Assembly (NCBI GenBank): GCA_910588425.1
Contig: CAJUPM010000001.1
Location: 162,827 to 202,826, forward strand
Direction of reading: 5' to 3'
DNA length: 40,000 bases
Origin: an uncultured Christensenellaceae bacterium
GTDB taxonomy: Bacteria > Bacillota > Clostridia > Christensenellales > Christensenellaceae
Below the pieces are notes generated by a model. It did not search any database and was not told the DNA's origin. It saw only the letters and a program-made list of their open reading frames with translations. Shown piece after piece: positions 31,791-40,000 of the stretch. Position numbers and translations under genes: made by a program. The stretch's first letter is position 1. Every line of letters starts with the position of its first letter.

Positions 31791-32942
31791 ATGAACCAGG
31801 AATTTATGGAAGCTCTGGAAGAGCTGGAGCAGGAAAAAGGGATTGACAAGCAGACGCTGCTGGACGCGATTAAAACAGCGCTGATTTCCGCATATAAACG
31901 CAATTTCGGCATTACGCAGGATGCCCGAGTGGAGATTGATGAGCAGACGGGCGCGATTGCCGTCTATGCAGAGAAGGAAGTGGTGGAAGAGGTGTTCGAT
32001 CCTTCCTTTGAAGTCAGCCTGGACGAGGCGCGGGCCATCAACGAAGCGTATGAGATTGGCGATACCATCGAAGAGGAAGTTACGCCGGCCTCCTTCGGCC
32101 GCATTGCGGCGCAGACGGCCAAGCAGGTTGTCGTGCAGCGCATCCGCGAGGCCGAGCGCGGCGTGATCTATGAGCAGTATATCGACAAAGAGAGCGAGAT
32201 CATGACGGGCACTGTCGTCCGCCAGGAGCGCGGCTGCTACTACCTGGATCTTGGCCGGGTGGAGGGCATGCTGCCTATGAAGGAGACGATTCCCGGCGAG
32301 CGCTATGATATCGGGACGCGCCTGAAGGTTTATGTCATCGAAGTCAAAGACGCGGCAAAGGGAGCGCAGATCGTCGTCTCCCGCTCGCATCCGGGGCTGC
32401 TCAAGCGGCTTTTGGAGCTGGAAGTGCCGGAAATCGCTTCCAACACCGTCATCATCAAGAGCATTGCCAGAGAGGCGGGCCATAGAAGCAAAATCGCTGT
32501 TTACAGCGAGGATCCCAACGTGGACTGCGTAGGCGCGTGCGTCGGCCCCAAGGGCAGCCGCATCGAGCGCGTTGTGGAAGAGCTTTCGGGCGAACGCATC
32601 GACGTCATCAGCTGGCACGGGGATACGGCGGAGTTTATCGCCAGCGCCCTGCGCCCGGCAAAGGTGATCATGGCGCGGGTGATCGAAGAAGAGCGCGCGG
32701 CGCAGGTGATTGTGCCGGATTATCAGCTCTCGCTGGCCATCGGCAAGGAGGGCCAGAATGCGCGGCTCGCGGCCAAACTCACGGGCTATAAGATCGACAT
32801 CAAATGCCAGTCGCAGGTTGCAGGCGATATGTTCGGCGAGGGCGAAGGGCTGTTCGATTTGCCGCCCGTCGATGAATATTACGACGAGGACGATTTCTCT
32901 TTTGACGATATGCCGGAAGAGGATTCGGAGATTGAGGAGTAA
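31791..32942 (+). CDS. nusA: transcription termination/antitermination factor NusA
   Basis: N-terminus MNQEFMEALEELEQEKGIDKQTLLDAIKTALISAYKR, then S1 and two KH domains (ACVGPKGSRI, LAIGKEGQNARLA) and an acidic tail. AGGAGGG lies upstream. Confidence 0.95.
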   Translation: MNQEFMEALEELEQEKGIDKQTLLDAIKTALISAYKRNFGITQDARVEIDEQTGAIAVYAEKEVVEEVFDPSFEVSLDEARAINEAYEIGDTIEEEVTPASFGRIAAQTAKQVVVQRIREAERGVIYEQYIDKESEIMTGTVVRQERGCYYLDLGRVEGMLPMKETIPGERYDIGTRLKVYVIEVKDAAKGAQIVVSRSHPGLLKRLLELEVPEIASNTVIIKSIAREAGHRSKIAVYSEDPNVDCVGACVGPKGSRIERVVEELSGERIDVISWHGDTAEFIASALRPAKVIMARVIEEERAAQVIVPDYQLSLAIGKEGQNARLAAKLTGYKIDIKCQSQVAGDMFGEGEGLFDLPPVDEYYDEDDFSFDDMPEEDSEIEE

Positions 32943-32948
32943 GGAAAT

Positions 32949-33227
32949 TTGAAGCAGAAGAAAGTGCCTGTGCGCATGTGCGTGGCATGCAGGCAGGGAA
33001 AGCCCAAAAAAGAACTGATCCGCATTGTGCGCAATAAAGAGGGCGGCGTCGGGGTGGATTTGACGGGAAAGGCTCAGGGCCGCGGCGCCTACTTATGCCC
33101 ATCCGTCGATTGCCTGGAAAAGGCAGTCAAGAGCCGGGCGCTTCAGCGCGCGCTGGAATGCGAGCTGACGGAAGAGATGGCGGCTGAGATAAAGCGGGTG
33201 ATCCTAAGGCGTGAAATTACAGGATGA
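32949..33227 (+). CDS. ylxR: YlxR/RnpM family RNA-binding protein (DUF448)
   Basis: RMCVACRQ...KKELIRIV...GRGAYLC motifs. TTG start. Canonical position after nusA. Confidence 0.85.
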   Translation: MKQKKVPVRMCVACRQGKPKKELIRIVRNKEGGVGVDLTGKAQGRGAYLCPSVDCLEKAVKSRALQRALECELTEEMAAEIKRVILRREITG

Positions 33228-33543
33228 TTTTTATGCGATGCTGGGGTTTGCCAGAAAGGCAGGGGCGCTTGCATGCGGCAGCTTTGCGGTTGAGCAGGGC
33301 CTGCGCAGGGGAAAAGTGCTGCTGGTTGTGGCAGACGAGGCACTGAGCGCCAGGGCGCAGGAAGAGATGGAGCGTCTGTGCAAGGCGCACCGCATTCCAT
33401 TTTTGCTGGCAGGCCCGCCGCAGCGGCTGGGCGCGGCGATTGGCAAGCAGAGCAAGATAGTTGGAGTCATGGGGCAGGCGTTTTCCAAACGCTTGCAGGA
33501 GATATTTTTACAGGCGCAGCGGCGCGGAGGTGTAACTGTTTGA
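33211..33543 (+). CDS. ylxQ: L7Ae/L30e family ribosomal-protein-like protein (YlxQ)
   Basis: [34 protein letters not shown] aligns with B. subtilis YlxQ as I recall it. The start is uncertain: GTG 33211 or ATG 33238. Confidence 0.75.
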   Translation: MKLQDDFYAMLGFARKAGALACGSFAVEQGLRRGKVLLVVADEALSARAQEEMERLCKAHRIPFLLAGPPQRLGAAIGKQSKIVGVMGQAFSKRLQEIFLQAQRRGGVTV

Positions 33544-36362
33544 GCAAACTGAATATTTTAGAACTGCACAAGAATTTAAATACCTATGCGAAAGGAGCGC
33601 TGGAACAGGCCGGCCAGGTTGCCGACAGCGCGAAAAACCAGCTCAAAGATGTCCGCCGCTTGGAGGAAGAACTCTTAGGGCGCATTCGCAGGCGGGATGA
33701 GGCGCAGAAGGCCGAGGATTTGCCAGAGCCAGGCGCGCCGGCAGAGCCTAAGGCTGAGGCAAAGCAGGAAGCTGCCGCACCGGCGGCTGATCCCGGCGTT
33801 TTGGTTCAAAAGCAGGAAGAGCCGGCAGCAAAGCAAAAACCAGCTGCTTCCGAGCAAAAAATAGAGCAACCGCAGGTAGAGGAGAAGCCGGTAACGATCG
33901 AGATGGAAAAGAAAGAGAAAAAAGAGGTGCGCCAGCAGACGGCGCCTCAGGCAAAAGAGAAGGCGGCTGTGCCCCAGAAGAACGCGGCGCCTGCAAAGGA
34001 AGAAAAGAAGAAAGTTGTCCTGCCCGGGCAGCTGGATCTTTCCATGCCTAAAATCCGCGTCGTGCGCTCGGCAAAAGAAGAGGAGCTGGAGCAGCAGAAG
34101 CGCGAAGAGAGAAGAAAAGAGCTTGCGCGCCAGAGCGCAGAGCAGTCGCGCCTGAACCAGGAGCGCTATCAGAACCGCCAGCAGAATGGCTATCAGCGCA
34201 CGGGGCAAGGCGGCCAGAGAAACGGCCAGGGCGGCTATCAGGGCCGGCAGGGCCAGGGCGGATACTTAGGCCGCCAGCAGGGCGGTTATCAAAACCGGCA
34301 GGGCGGCTACCAAGGCGGCCGCGGCGGGTATAATCCCGGCGGTTTTGACAAAGATAAGGATGAGGCGCCAGCACGCCGCTCGGCCCCCAGCCGCAAGCCT
34401 GCGGATAAGGGTGGGTTTGCAGCCATTGCGCCCAAGCCGAATCTGCACGACAACAAGAAAAAGCGCCCGGAGGAGAACAGCGAGCGCAAGCGCCGCCCGG
34501 CTCTGAAGAATAAGAACGTCTATATTGACGAAGAATTCCAGATGGGTTCGCGCAAGCGCAAGCCCAATAAGATGCACAAAGTGGCGCAGCCCATCCAGCC
34601 CATCGTCGTAACCAATATTACGATTATGGGCGACACGATTTCCGTCAAGGCGTTTGCTGAAAAGACGGGCAAACCCGTCGCGGAGATCATCAAAAAGCTC
34701 ATGCTGCTGGGCATGATGTGCACCATCAACTCGGAGATCGATTACGACACGGCTTCGCTGGTCGCAGGAGAGTTTGGCATCGAGGTGGAACAGAAGGAGG
34801 AGCAGACCGCAGAGAGCGCACTCATCGCCGAGGATATTCCGGACGATGAAGCCAGCCTCATGACGCGGCCGCCCGTCGTTACCATCATGGGCCACGTCGA
34901 CCACGGCAAGACCTCCCTGCTGGATGCGATTCGGGAGACCAAAGTGCAGCAGGGCGAAGCCGGCGGCATTACACAGCATATCGGCGCTTATACCATCAGC
35001 ATCAAGGAGAAATCCATCACCTTCCTGGATACCCCCGGCCACGCCGCCTTTACGGCGATGCGCGCCAGAGGCGCCCAGGCGACGGATATTGCCATCCTGG
35101 TTGTCGCGGCGGACGACGGCGTCATGCCGCAGACGATTGAGGCCATCAACCACGCGAAGTCTGCAAAGGTTCCCGTCATTGTGGCCATCAATAAAATCGA
35201 TAAAGTGGGCGCGAACGTGGAGCGCATCAAGCAGGAGCTGACGGAATACGGCCTGGTTTCGGAAGAGTGGGGCGGCGATACCATCATGGTGCCCGTCTCT
35301 GCGCTGACCAAAGAGGGCCTCGATCAGCTGCTGGAAATGATTCTGCTGGTGGCGGATGTGGCAGAGCTCAAGGCAAACCCCGACCGCATGGCCAAGGGCA
35401 CCATCATCGAAGCGCGGCTGGATAAGGGCCGCGGACCGGTGGCGACGGTGCTCGTGCAGAACGGCACGCTGCGCGTGCAGGATACCATCGTTGCCGGAAC
35501 GGCATATGGGCGCGTCCGCGCCATGCTGGACGACAGCGGCAACGCGGTTACCGAGGCAGGCCCCTCTATGCCGGTTGAGGTCATCGGTTTTTCCGAAGTT
35601 CCGGAAGCGGGCGATATTATCAATGCCGTCGAGCAGGATCGCCTCTCCAAGCAGGTGGCCGAGGAGCGCAAGGATAAGCTCAAGGCGGAGAAGCTCAAGA
35701 GCATGGCGAAAGTCTCCCTGGACGATCTGTTCTCCAAGATTGCCGAGGGCGAGATCAAGGATCTCAACCTGGTGGTCAAGGCGGATGTGCAGGGTTCTGT
35801 GGAGGCGCTGCGGCAGTCTCTGGAAAAACTCTCTAACGACGAAGTGCGCGTGCGCGTGATTCACGGCGGCGTCGGCGCCATCAGCGAGACGGACGTTTTG
35901 CTCGCCTCGGCCAGCAACGCCATCATCATCGGCTTCAACGTCCGCCCGGATGCGAACGTCTCTGCGGCGGCGGAGCGGGAGAATGTGGATATCCGCACAT
36001 ACCGCATCATCTACAACGCCATCGAAGATGTGGAAAAGGCGATGAAGGGCCTTTTGGCGCCCGAGTTCAAGGAAAATGTCATCGGGCACGTGGAAGTGCG
36101 GCAGACGTTCAAGGCGTCTGGCGTCGGGACGATTGCCGGAAGCTATGTGACGGACGGCAAGATTGCGCGCAACGCAAGCGTGCGTTTGCTGCGGGACGGC
36201 GTTGTGGCTTTCGAAGGCCAGCTCTCCTCTCTCAAGCGCTTTAAGGACGACGCGAAGGAAGTGCAGGCGGGATACGAATGCGGCCTCACGCTGGAAAACT
36301 TTAATGATATTAAGGAAGGGGATATCCTCGAAGTCTATGAGATTGTAGAAGTTGAGCGGTAG
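33540..36362 (+). CDS. infB: translation initiation factor IF-2
   Basis: G domain ([23 protein letters not shown]) and C-terminal domains. I prefer the TTG start at 33540 (GGAGGTG 7 nt upstream; it overlaps the ylxQ stop codon). The ORF is open from 33378. Confidence 0.9.
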   Translation: MSKLNILELHKNLNTYAKGALEQAGQVADSAKNQLKDVRRLEEELLGRIRRRDEAQKAEDLPEPGAPAEPKAEAKQEAAAPAADPGVLVQKQEEPAAKQKPAASEQKIEQPQVEEKPVTIEMEKKEKKEVRQQTAPQAKEKAAVPQKNAAPAKEEKKKVVLPGQLDLSMPKIRVVRSAKEEELEQQKREERRKELARQSAEQSRLNQERYQNRQQNGYQRTGQGGQRNGQGGYQGRQGQGGYLGRQQGGYQNRQGGYQGGRGGYNPGGFDKDKDEAPARRSAPSRKPADKGGFAAIAPKPNLHDNKKKRPEENSERKRRPALKNKNVYIDEEFQMGSRKRKPNKMHKVAQPIQPIVVTNITIMGDTISVKAFAEKTGKPVAEIIKKLMLLGMMCTINSEIDYDTASLVAGEFGIEVEQKEEQTAESALIAEDIPDDEASLMTRPPVVTIMGHVDHGKTSLLDAIRETKVQQGEAGGITQHIGAYTISIKEKSITFLDTPGHAAFTAMRARGAQATDIAILVVAADDGVMPQTIEAINHAKSAKVPVIVAINKIDKVGANVERIKQELTEYGLVSEEWGGDTIMVPVSALTKEGLDQLLEMILLVADVAELKANPDRMAKGTIIEARLDKGRGPVATVLVQNGTLRVQDTIVAGTAYGRVRAMLDDSGNAVTEAGPSMPVEVIGFSEVPEAGDIINAVEQDRLSKQVAEERKDKLKAEKLKSMAKVSLDDLFSKIAEGEIKDLNLVVKADVQGSVEALRQSLEKLSNDEVRVRVIHGGVGAISETDVLLASASNAIIIGFNVRPDANVSAAAERENVDIRTYRIIYNAIEDVEKAMKGLLAPEFKENVIGHVEVRQTFKASGVGTIAGSYVTDGKIARNASVRLLRDGVVAFEGQLSSLKRFKDDAKEVQAGYECGLTLENFNDIKEGDILEVYEIVEVER
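34165..34345 (+). repeat. degenerate in-frame tandem repeats encoding a Q/G/Y/R-rich tract in the IF-2 N-terminal region
   Basis: Repeated CAGGGCGGCTA(T/C)CA-like units encode [59 protein letters not shown]. Confidence 0.8.
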
Positions 36363-36379
36363 CCCTTAAAGGTTAGAAT

Positions 36380-36778
36380 ATGAGTAAGCTAAGGGAAGCC
36401 AGGATAGACGGGGAATTCCGGCGGGCACTGGGCGAACTGCTGCTCACGGAGATCAAAGATCCGCGCATGAGCAAAATGGCCAGCGTCAGCAAGGTCTCGG
36501 TAACGCAGGATCTCAAATACGCCAAGGTCTACGTGAGCGTTTACGACACGCCGGAAAAGGTCGCTTCGACGATGGAGGCGCTGGAGAGCGCAGAGCCTTT
36601 TCTGCGCGCCAAACTGAACGGGATGATCCGCCTGCGCAGAATGCCTGTGATGACGTTCGTGCACGACGATTCCATCGAATACAGCGCGAAGATCTCCAAG
36701 CTCATTGACGAGGTTACGGCAAGGGATCGGAAAAATGCGGAGCAGCGCGGCGAGGAAGAGCAGGATGGAGAGGCATAA
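36380..36778 (+). CDS. rbfA: 30S ribosome-binding factor RbfA
   Basis: ..EIKDPR...VSVTQDLKYAKVYVS.. motif. Position after infB. Confidence 0.9.
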   Translation: MSKLREARIDGEFRRALGELLLTEIKDPRMSKMASVSKVSVTQDLKYAKVYVSVYDTPEKVASTMEALESAEPFLRAKLNGMIRLRRMPVMTFVHDDSIEYSAKISKLIDEVTARDRKNAEQRGEEEQDGEA

Positions 36779-37742
36779 TCAGGAGCGGCAGGGCATTTTA
36801 GAGCAGATAAAAACCTGCGACGATTTTCTCGTCATTGGGCATGTCAGCCCGGATGGGGATACTGTGGGCAGCAGCCTGGCGCTCTGCCTGGGGCTAAAGG
36901 AGCTGGGCAAGAAGGCGGTTTTTGGCCTGCACGGCGTTTTGCCCGAAAAACTGGCGTTTATGCCGGCCGCCTTTCCCATTACGCCCAGCGAGCAGGTGGA
37001 GCAGCGCGCATACGGTGCCGTGATCGCGGTAGACTGCGGCGATCTCTCCCGGCTAGGGGATTTGGGCGCGGTATTTTTGCAGAATGAGAATACCATTGTC
37101 GTCGATCATCACCCGACCAACACCGGGTTTGGAAAGAGAAATCTGGTGCTGCCCTATGGGGCGACGGGGCAGATTATTCTGGAGCTTTTGGAAGCGCTGG
37201 GCTGCCGCATCACGGAGCAGATGGCGGGCTTGCTCTATGCGGCCATTTCCACGGATACGGGCAATTTTTCCTATTCCAACACGGATGAGGAAGTTCTTCT
37301 GGCGGCAGCCAAACTGCGCAGACTCGGGGCCGATATCCCCGCGCTGAACAAGACGCTTTACCGGGAAAAGACGCTTGGGGCAACCAAGCTGATTGGCCGC
37401 GCCATCGAGCGGCTGGAATTATCCCAGGACGGCAAGATTGCCATCACCTATGTGCTGCGCAGTGATTATGAGCAGCTGGGTGCAAAGCGCGAGGATTGCG
37501 ACGAAGTGGTCAACTATGCCCGGGATATTATCGGTGTTGAGATTGCCGTTTTTCTGCGCCAGACGGATGCGGAGGATGAAAAGTTCCGCGCCAGCCTGCG
37601 CAGTAATCAGTATGCAGACGTCTCGGCGCTGGCGCAGGAGTTTGGCGGCGGCGGGCATAAGCAGGCCGCTGGGTGCTCCCTTGTGGGAGGCATTGAAGCG
37701 GCAAAGCGGCAAATCCTTTGCGCAGCGAGAAAGTATTTATGA
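36765..37742 (+). CDS. nrnA: DHH family phosphoesterase (NrnA-like oligoribonuclease/pAp phosphatase)
   Basis: Motifs DGDTVGS, DHH (VVDHHPTN) and GGGGH (DHHA1). ATG 36765 overlaps the end of rbfA. Confidence 0.8.
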   Translation: MERHNQERQGILEQIKTCDDFLVIGHVSPDGDTVGSSLALCLGLKELGKKAVFGLHGVLPEKLAFMPAAFPITPSEQVEQRAYGAVIAVDCGDLSRLGDLGAVFLQNENTIVVDHHPTNTGFGKRNLVLPYGATGQIILELLEALGCRITEQMAGLLYAAISTDTGNFSYSNTDEEVLLAAAKLRRLGADIPALNKTLYREKTLGATKLIGRAIERLELSQDGKIAITYVLRSDYEQLGAKREDCDEVVNYARDIIGVEIAVFLRQTDAEDEKFRASLRSNQYADVSALAQEFGGGGHKQAAGCSLVGGIEAAKRQILCAARKYL

Positions 37743-38599
37743 ATGGAATCATCAATCTATTAAAACCGCCGGGCATGTCTTCCAATGGTGCGACGGTTTT
37801 TTTGCGAAAACTTTTGAATGAAAAGCGCGTGGGCCACGCGGGAACATTGGATCCCGGGGCGGCCGGCGTTCTTGTTGTGCTGGCCGGGCGATCTGCCCGG
37901 CTTTCGGATTTTCTGATGAACCACGCCAAGCGTTACCGCGCGGAGATCGCCTTTGGCAAGCGGACGGATACGCTGGATAGCTATGGGCAGGTCTTGGAAG
38001 AGAGAGCCTGCAGTGTGAGCCGGGAGCGGCTCATGCAGGCGATCCCCGCGTTCCTTGGAGAGATCGAGCAGATTCCGCCGGACTATTCGGCCGTCAAGAT
38101 TGGCGGTCGGCCGGCTTATCAACTGGCGCGCAAGGGAGTGGAAATCCGCAAAAAGGCGCGGCGTGTGCAGATTTTTGGCATTGATTTGCTGGCGCAGACG
38201 GGAGAAAACCGCTTTTTGCTGGAGATCGCCTGCTCCAAGGGGACCTATATCCGCACACTGCTGGAAGATATCGCAAAAAGCATGGGAGAGATTGCGCATA
38301 CCTCTTTTCTGATGCGCACGGCATCCGGCGGCTTTGGGATTGAGCAGGCCTATACTGTGGACGAGCTCAAGGCTCTGGCTGCGGCGGGGGATTTCTCCTT
38401 TGTGCAGAGCCCGGAGGGGGCGCTGATGGAGCTGCCGGAAGTGCGGCTTCCGGCGCGGCATCATTTTGCGCTGCAAAACGGGCAAAAAATTCTCTGCGAT
38501 GCGCCGGAACAGCGTTTTCGGCTCTACTGCGGGGAGCAGTTTTACGGAATTGGGGAATGCCGGGAAGGCATTTTGCGGCTGGTGACGCCGCTATACTAG
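37739..38599 (+). CDS. truB: tRNA pseudouridine(55) synthase TruB
   Basis: GIINLLKPPGMSS and HAGTLDPGAAGVL (catalytic Asp). ATGA overlap with nrnA. Confidence 0.9.
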   Translation: MNGIINLLKPPGMSSNGATVFLRKLLNEKRVGHAGTLDPGAAGVLVVLAGRSARLSDFLMNHAKRYRAEIAFGKRTDTLDSYGQVLEERACSVSRERLMQAIPAFLGEIEQIPPDYSAVKIGGRPAYQLARKGVEIRKKARRVQIFGIDLLAQTGENRFLLEIACSKGTYIRTLLEDIAKSMGEIAHTSFLMRTASGGFGIEQAYTVDELKALAAAGDFSFVQSPEGALMELPEVRLPARHHFALQNGQKILCDAPEQRFRLYCGEQFYGIGECREGILRLVTPLY

Positions 38600-38620
38600 A
38601 GCAGGAAAGGGGGAAGCGGG

Positions 38621-39571
38621 ATGGAAAGATTGGAGCAGTGCCGGACGAACTGCGATACGGCGGTCGCTTTGGGCACGTTCGACGGCCTGCATCTGGGGCA
38701 CCAAAGCGTGCTGGAAAAGCTCAAACGTCAAGCGGATGTGCAGGGGCTGCACACGCTGGTTTTTACCTTTGAAAATCTCCCTTCATCCTATTTTGGCGGC
38801 GAGCAGGGGATGCTCTTTTTGCCCGAGGAAAAGGAGATGGCGTTTGAGAAGCTGGGCGTGGACCTGCTGTATATGCCAAAGTTCGACGGCGCCATTGCAG
38901 GCTTGGAGCGGGAGGCCTTCGCAAAGCTGCTGTTTGAGCAGCTGCGGGCGAAAGCGGTTGTGGTGGGATTCAACTTCCGCTTTGGAAAAAGCGCCCAGGG
39001 AACGCCGCAGTATCTCAAAAAAGCCGCAGAGCAATACGGTGCGGCGGTTTACGAGCAGGAGCCCTATCTGCTGGGGGGCGAGCCGGTTTCCAGCACGCGC
39101 ATCCGCGCCGCGCTGCGGCAGGGCGAGATTGCGCAGGCGCAGGAGCTTCTGGGCAGGCCGTATGAGATTGCCGGGATTGTGGCGCACGGCAAGCAGCTTG
39201 GGCGCAAGCTGGGCTTTCCCACGCTCAACTTCTACCCGCCGGACTGCAAGCTGATGCCCAGGCACGGTGTTTACGCGGCGGAGGCGGAAGTAGATGGAAA
39301 GTGCTATGCCGCGGTTGCAAATATCGGCATTCGCCCGACGGTAAAAGACGGAGATATGCTTTCCGTCGAGAGCAACCTCATCGGCTTTTCGGAAGATGCC
39401 TATGGAAAAAAAGCCTGCCTGCGCCTGGTGGAGTTTTTGCGCGGGGAGCAGAAGTTTGATGGCCTGGATGCGCTGACCAGTCAGATTGCGCAGGATAAGC
39501 GGCGGGCAGAGAAATGTGTGAAAAACGCATGGCAGGGGGGTTTACAAGCCGCTGGCGATGTGTTAGAATAG
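38621..39571 (+). CDS. ribF: bifunctional riboflavin kinase / FMN adenylyltransferase
   Basis: [13 protein letters not shown], ..SSTRIR.., and a kinase domain (GFPTLN ... GVYA). Confidence 0.9.
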   Translation: MERLEQCRTNCDTAVALGTFDGLHLGHQSVLEKLKRQADVQGLHTLVFTFENLPSSYFGGEQGMLFLPEEKEMAFEKLGVDLLYMPKFDGAIAGLEREAFAKLLFEQLRAKAVVVGFNFRFGKSAQGTPQYLKKAAEQYGAAVYEQEPYLLGGEPVSSTRIRAALRQGEIAQAQELLGRPYEIAGIVAHGKQLGRKLGFPTLNFYPPDCKLMPRHGVYAAEAEVDGKCYAAVANIGIRPTVKDGDMLSVESNLIGFSEDAYGKKACLRLVEFLRGEQKFDGLDALTSQIAQDKRRAEKCVKNAWQGGLQAAGDVLE

Positions 39572-39665
39572 AAAAAGCGTAGAGAACCGGTCGCTTTGTT
39601 TTGATGCTTTCCCGGCGCAAAGCAATGTTTCCGGCGATTATAACATGTATGGAGGTAACACTACA

Positions 39666-39929
39666 ATGGGACAGATCGATAAGGCAGCGATTATTGCAGA
39701 GTATGCGACGCACGAGGGAGACACGGGCTCGCCTGAAGTTCAGGTCGCGCTGCTCACCGCGCGCATCAATCACTTAAACGAGCACTTCAAAACCAACGCG
39801 AAGGATCATCATTCGCGCCGCGGCCTGCTCAAGATGGTCGGCCGCAGAAAAGGCCTGCTCAACTATCTGAAGAGCAAGGACATCGAGCGCTACCGTACGC
39901 TTATCGCAAAACTCGGCCTGAGAAAATAA
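39666..39929 (+). CDS. rpsO: 30S ribosomal protein S15
   Basis: [50 protein letters not shown] lies 9 nt upstream of ATG 39666. Confidence 0.95.
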   Translation: MGQIDKAAIIAEYATHEGDTGSPEVQVALLTARINHLNEHFKTNAKDHHSRRGLLKMVGRRKGLLNYLKSKDIERYRTLIAKLGLRK

Positions 39930-39951
39930 CGGCCCGTCATTTACTGACCTT

Positions 39952-39984
39952 ATAGAGCGGTTTCTAACCGCTCTATCCTTTTAA
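39952..39984 (+). terminator. rho-independent terminator after rpsO
   Basis: ATAGAGCGGTT-TCT-AACCGCTCTAT followed by CCTTTT. Confidence 0.75.
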
Positions 39985-40000
39985 ATGGAGGGTATTTGCC

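Noticed and set aside
34266-36089. 607-aa ORF on the minus strand
   Set aside because: It is antisense to infB, whose G-domain motifs are unambiguous on the plus strand. This is a shadow ORF.

Overview
This 40-kb window looks like an ordinary chromosomal region of a moderately high-GC, spore-forming Clostridia-class Firmicute. That assignment is an inference from gene content and gene order. About 40 well-supported genes fall into the blocks below.

(1) 1-2.7 kb: the 3' end of ileS, a PdaA-like polysaccharide deacetylase, a class B sortase, and a tRNA-Thr(GGU)/tRNA-Pro(CGG) pair.

(2) 2.7-11.3 kb, an accessory-looking stretch: a choloylglycine (bile-salt) hydrolase, a small gene split at a T7 tract, a PadR / membrane protein / DUF4097 triad, a gpsA-like dehydrogenase, an ECF sigma factor with an anti-sigma candidate, an AI-2E transporter, and a THF riboswitch controlling a folT-type ECF S-component.

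(3) 11.3-15.3 kb: a triple-LysM protein coupled to a DUF4080-type B12 radical SAM enzyme, a DUF4203-like membrane protein, and a split TSUP/TauE permease.

(4) 15.3-27 kb, a morphogenesis/division/sporulation cluster: maf, an unknown gene, mreB-like, mreC, mreD, PBP2, minCDE, rodA (opposite strand), spoIVFA and spoIVFB.

(5) 27-31 kb: radical SAM (TIGR03960 type), DUF2344 and RNase G/E.

(6) 31-40 kb: rimP, nusA, ylxR, ylxQ, infB, rbfA, nrnA, truB, ribF and rpsO.

I found no CRISPR array, transposase, integrase or recognisable defence system.

The most unexplained signal is in the roughly 630-bp ORF-poor gap between rodA and spoIVFA. On the minus strand it carries two strong promoter-like elements exactly 100 bp apart inside a 16/19-identical repeat. 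Each is followed at the predicted +1 by a hairpin and the sequence CUGAG. Further downstream is a perfect GC palindrome followed by a C/U-rich tail. This could be an sRNA or a structured rodA leader.

Other points worth a second look:
- the T7-interrupted small gene;
- an MreB paralog with a degenerate phosphate-2 loop;
- an unknown gene sitting where radC is found in the Bacillus order;
- an insertion of about 90 aa and a Cys/His cluster in PBP2;
- half-size TSUP genes;
- the LysM / radical SAM coupling;
- a QGGY/RGG repeat tract in IF2.

All homology calls come from motif recognition by eye. No database search was run.
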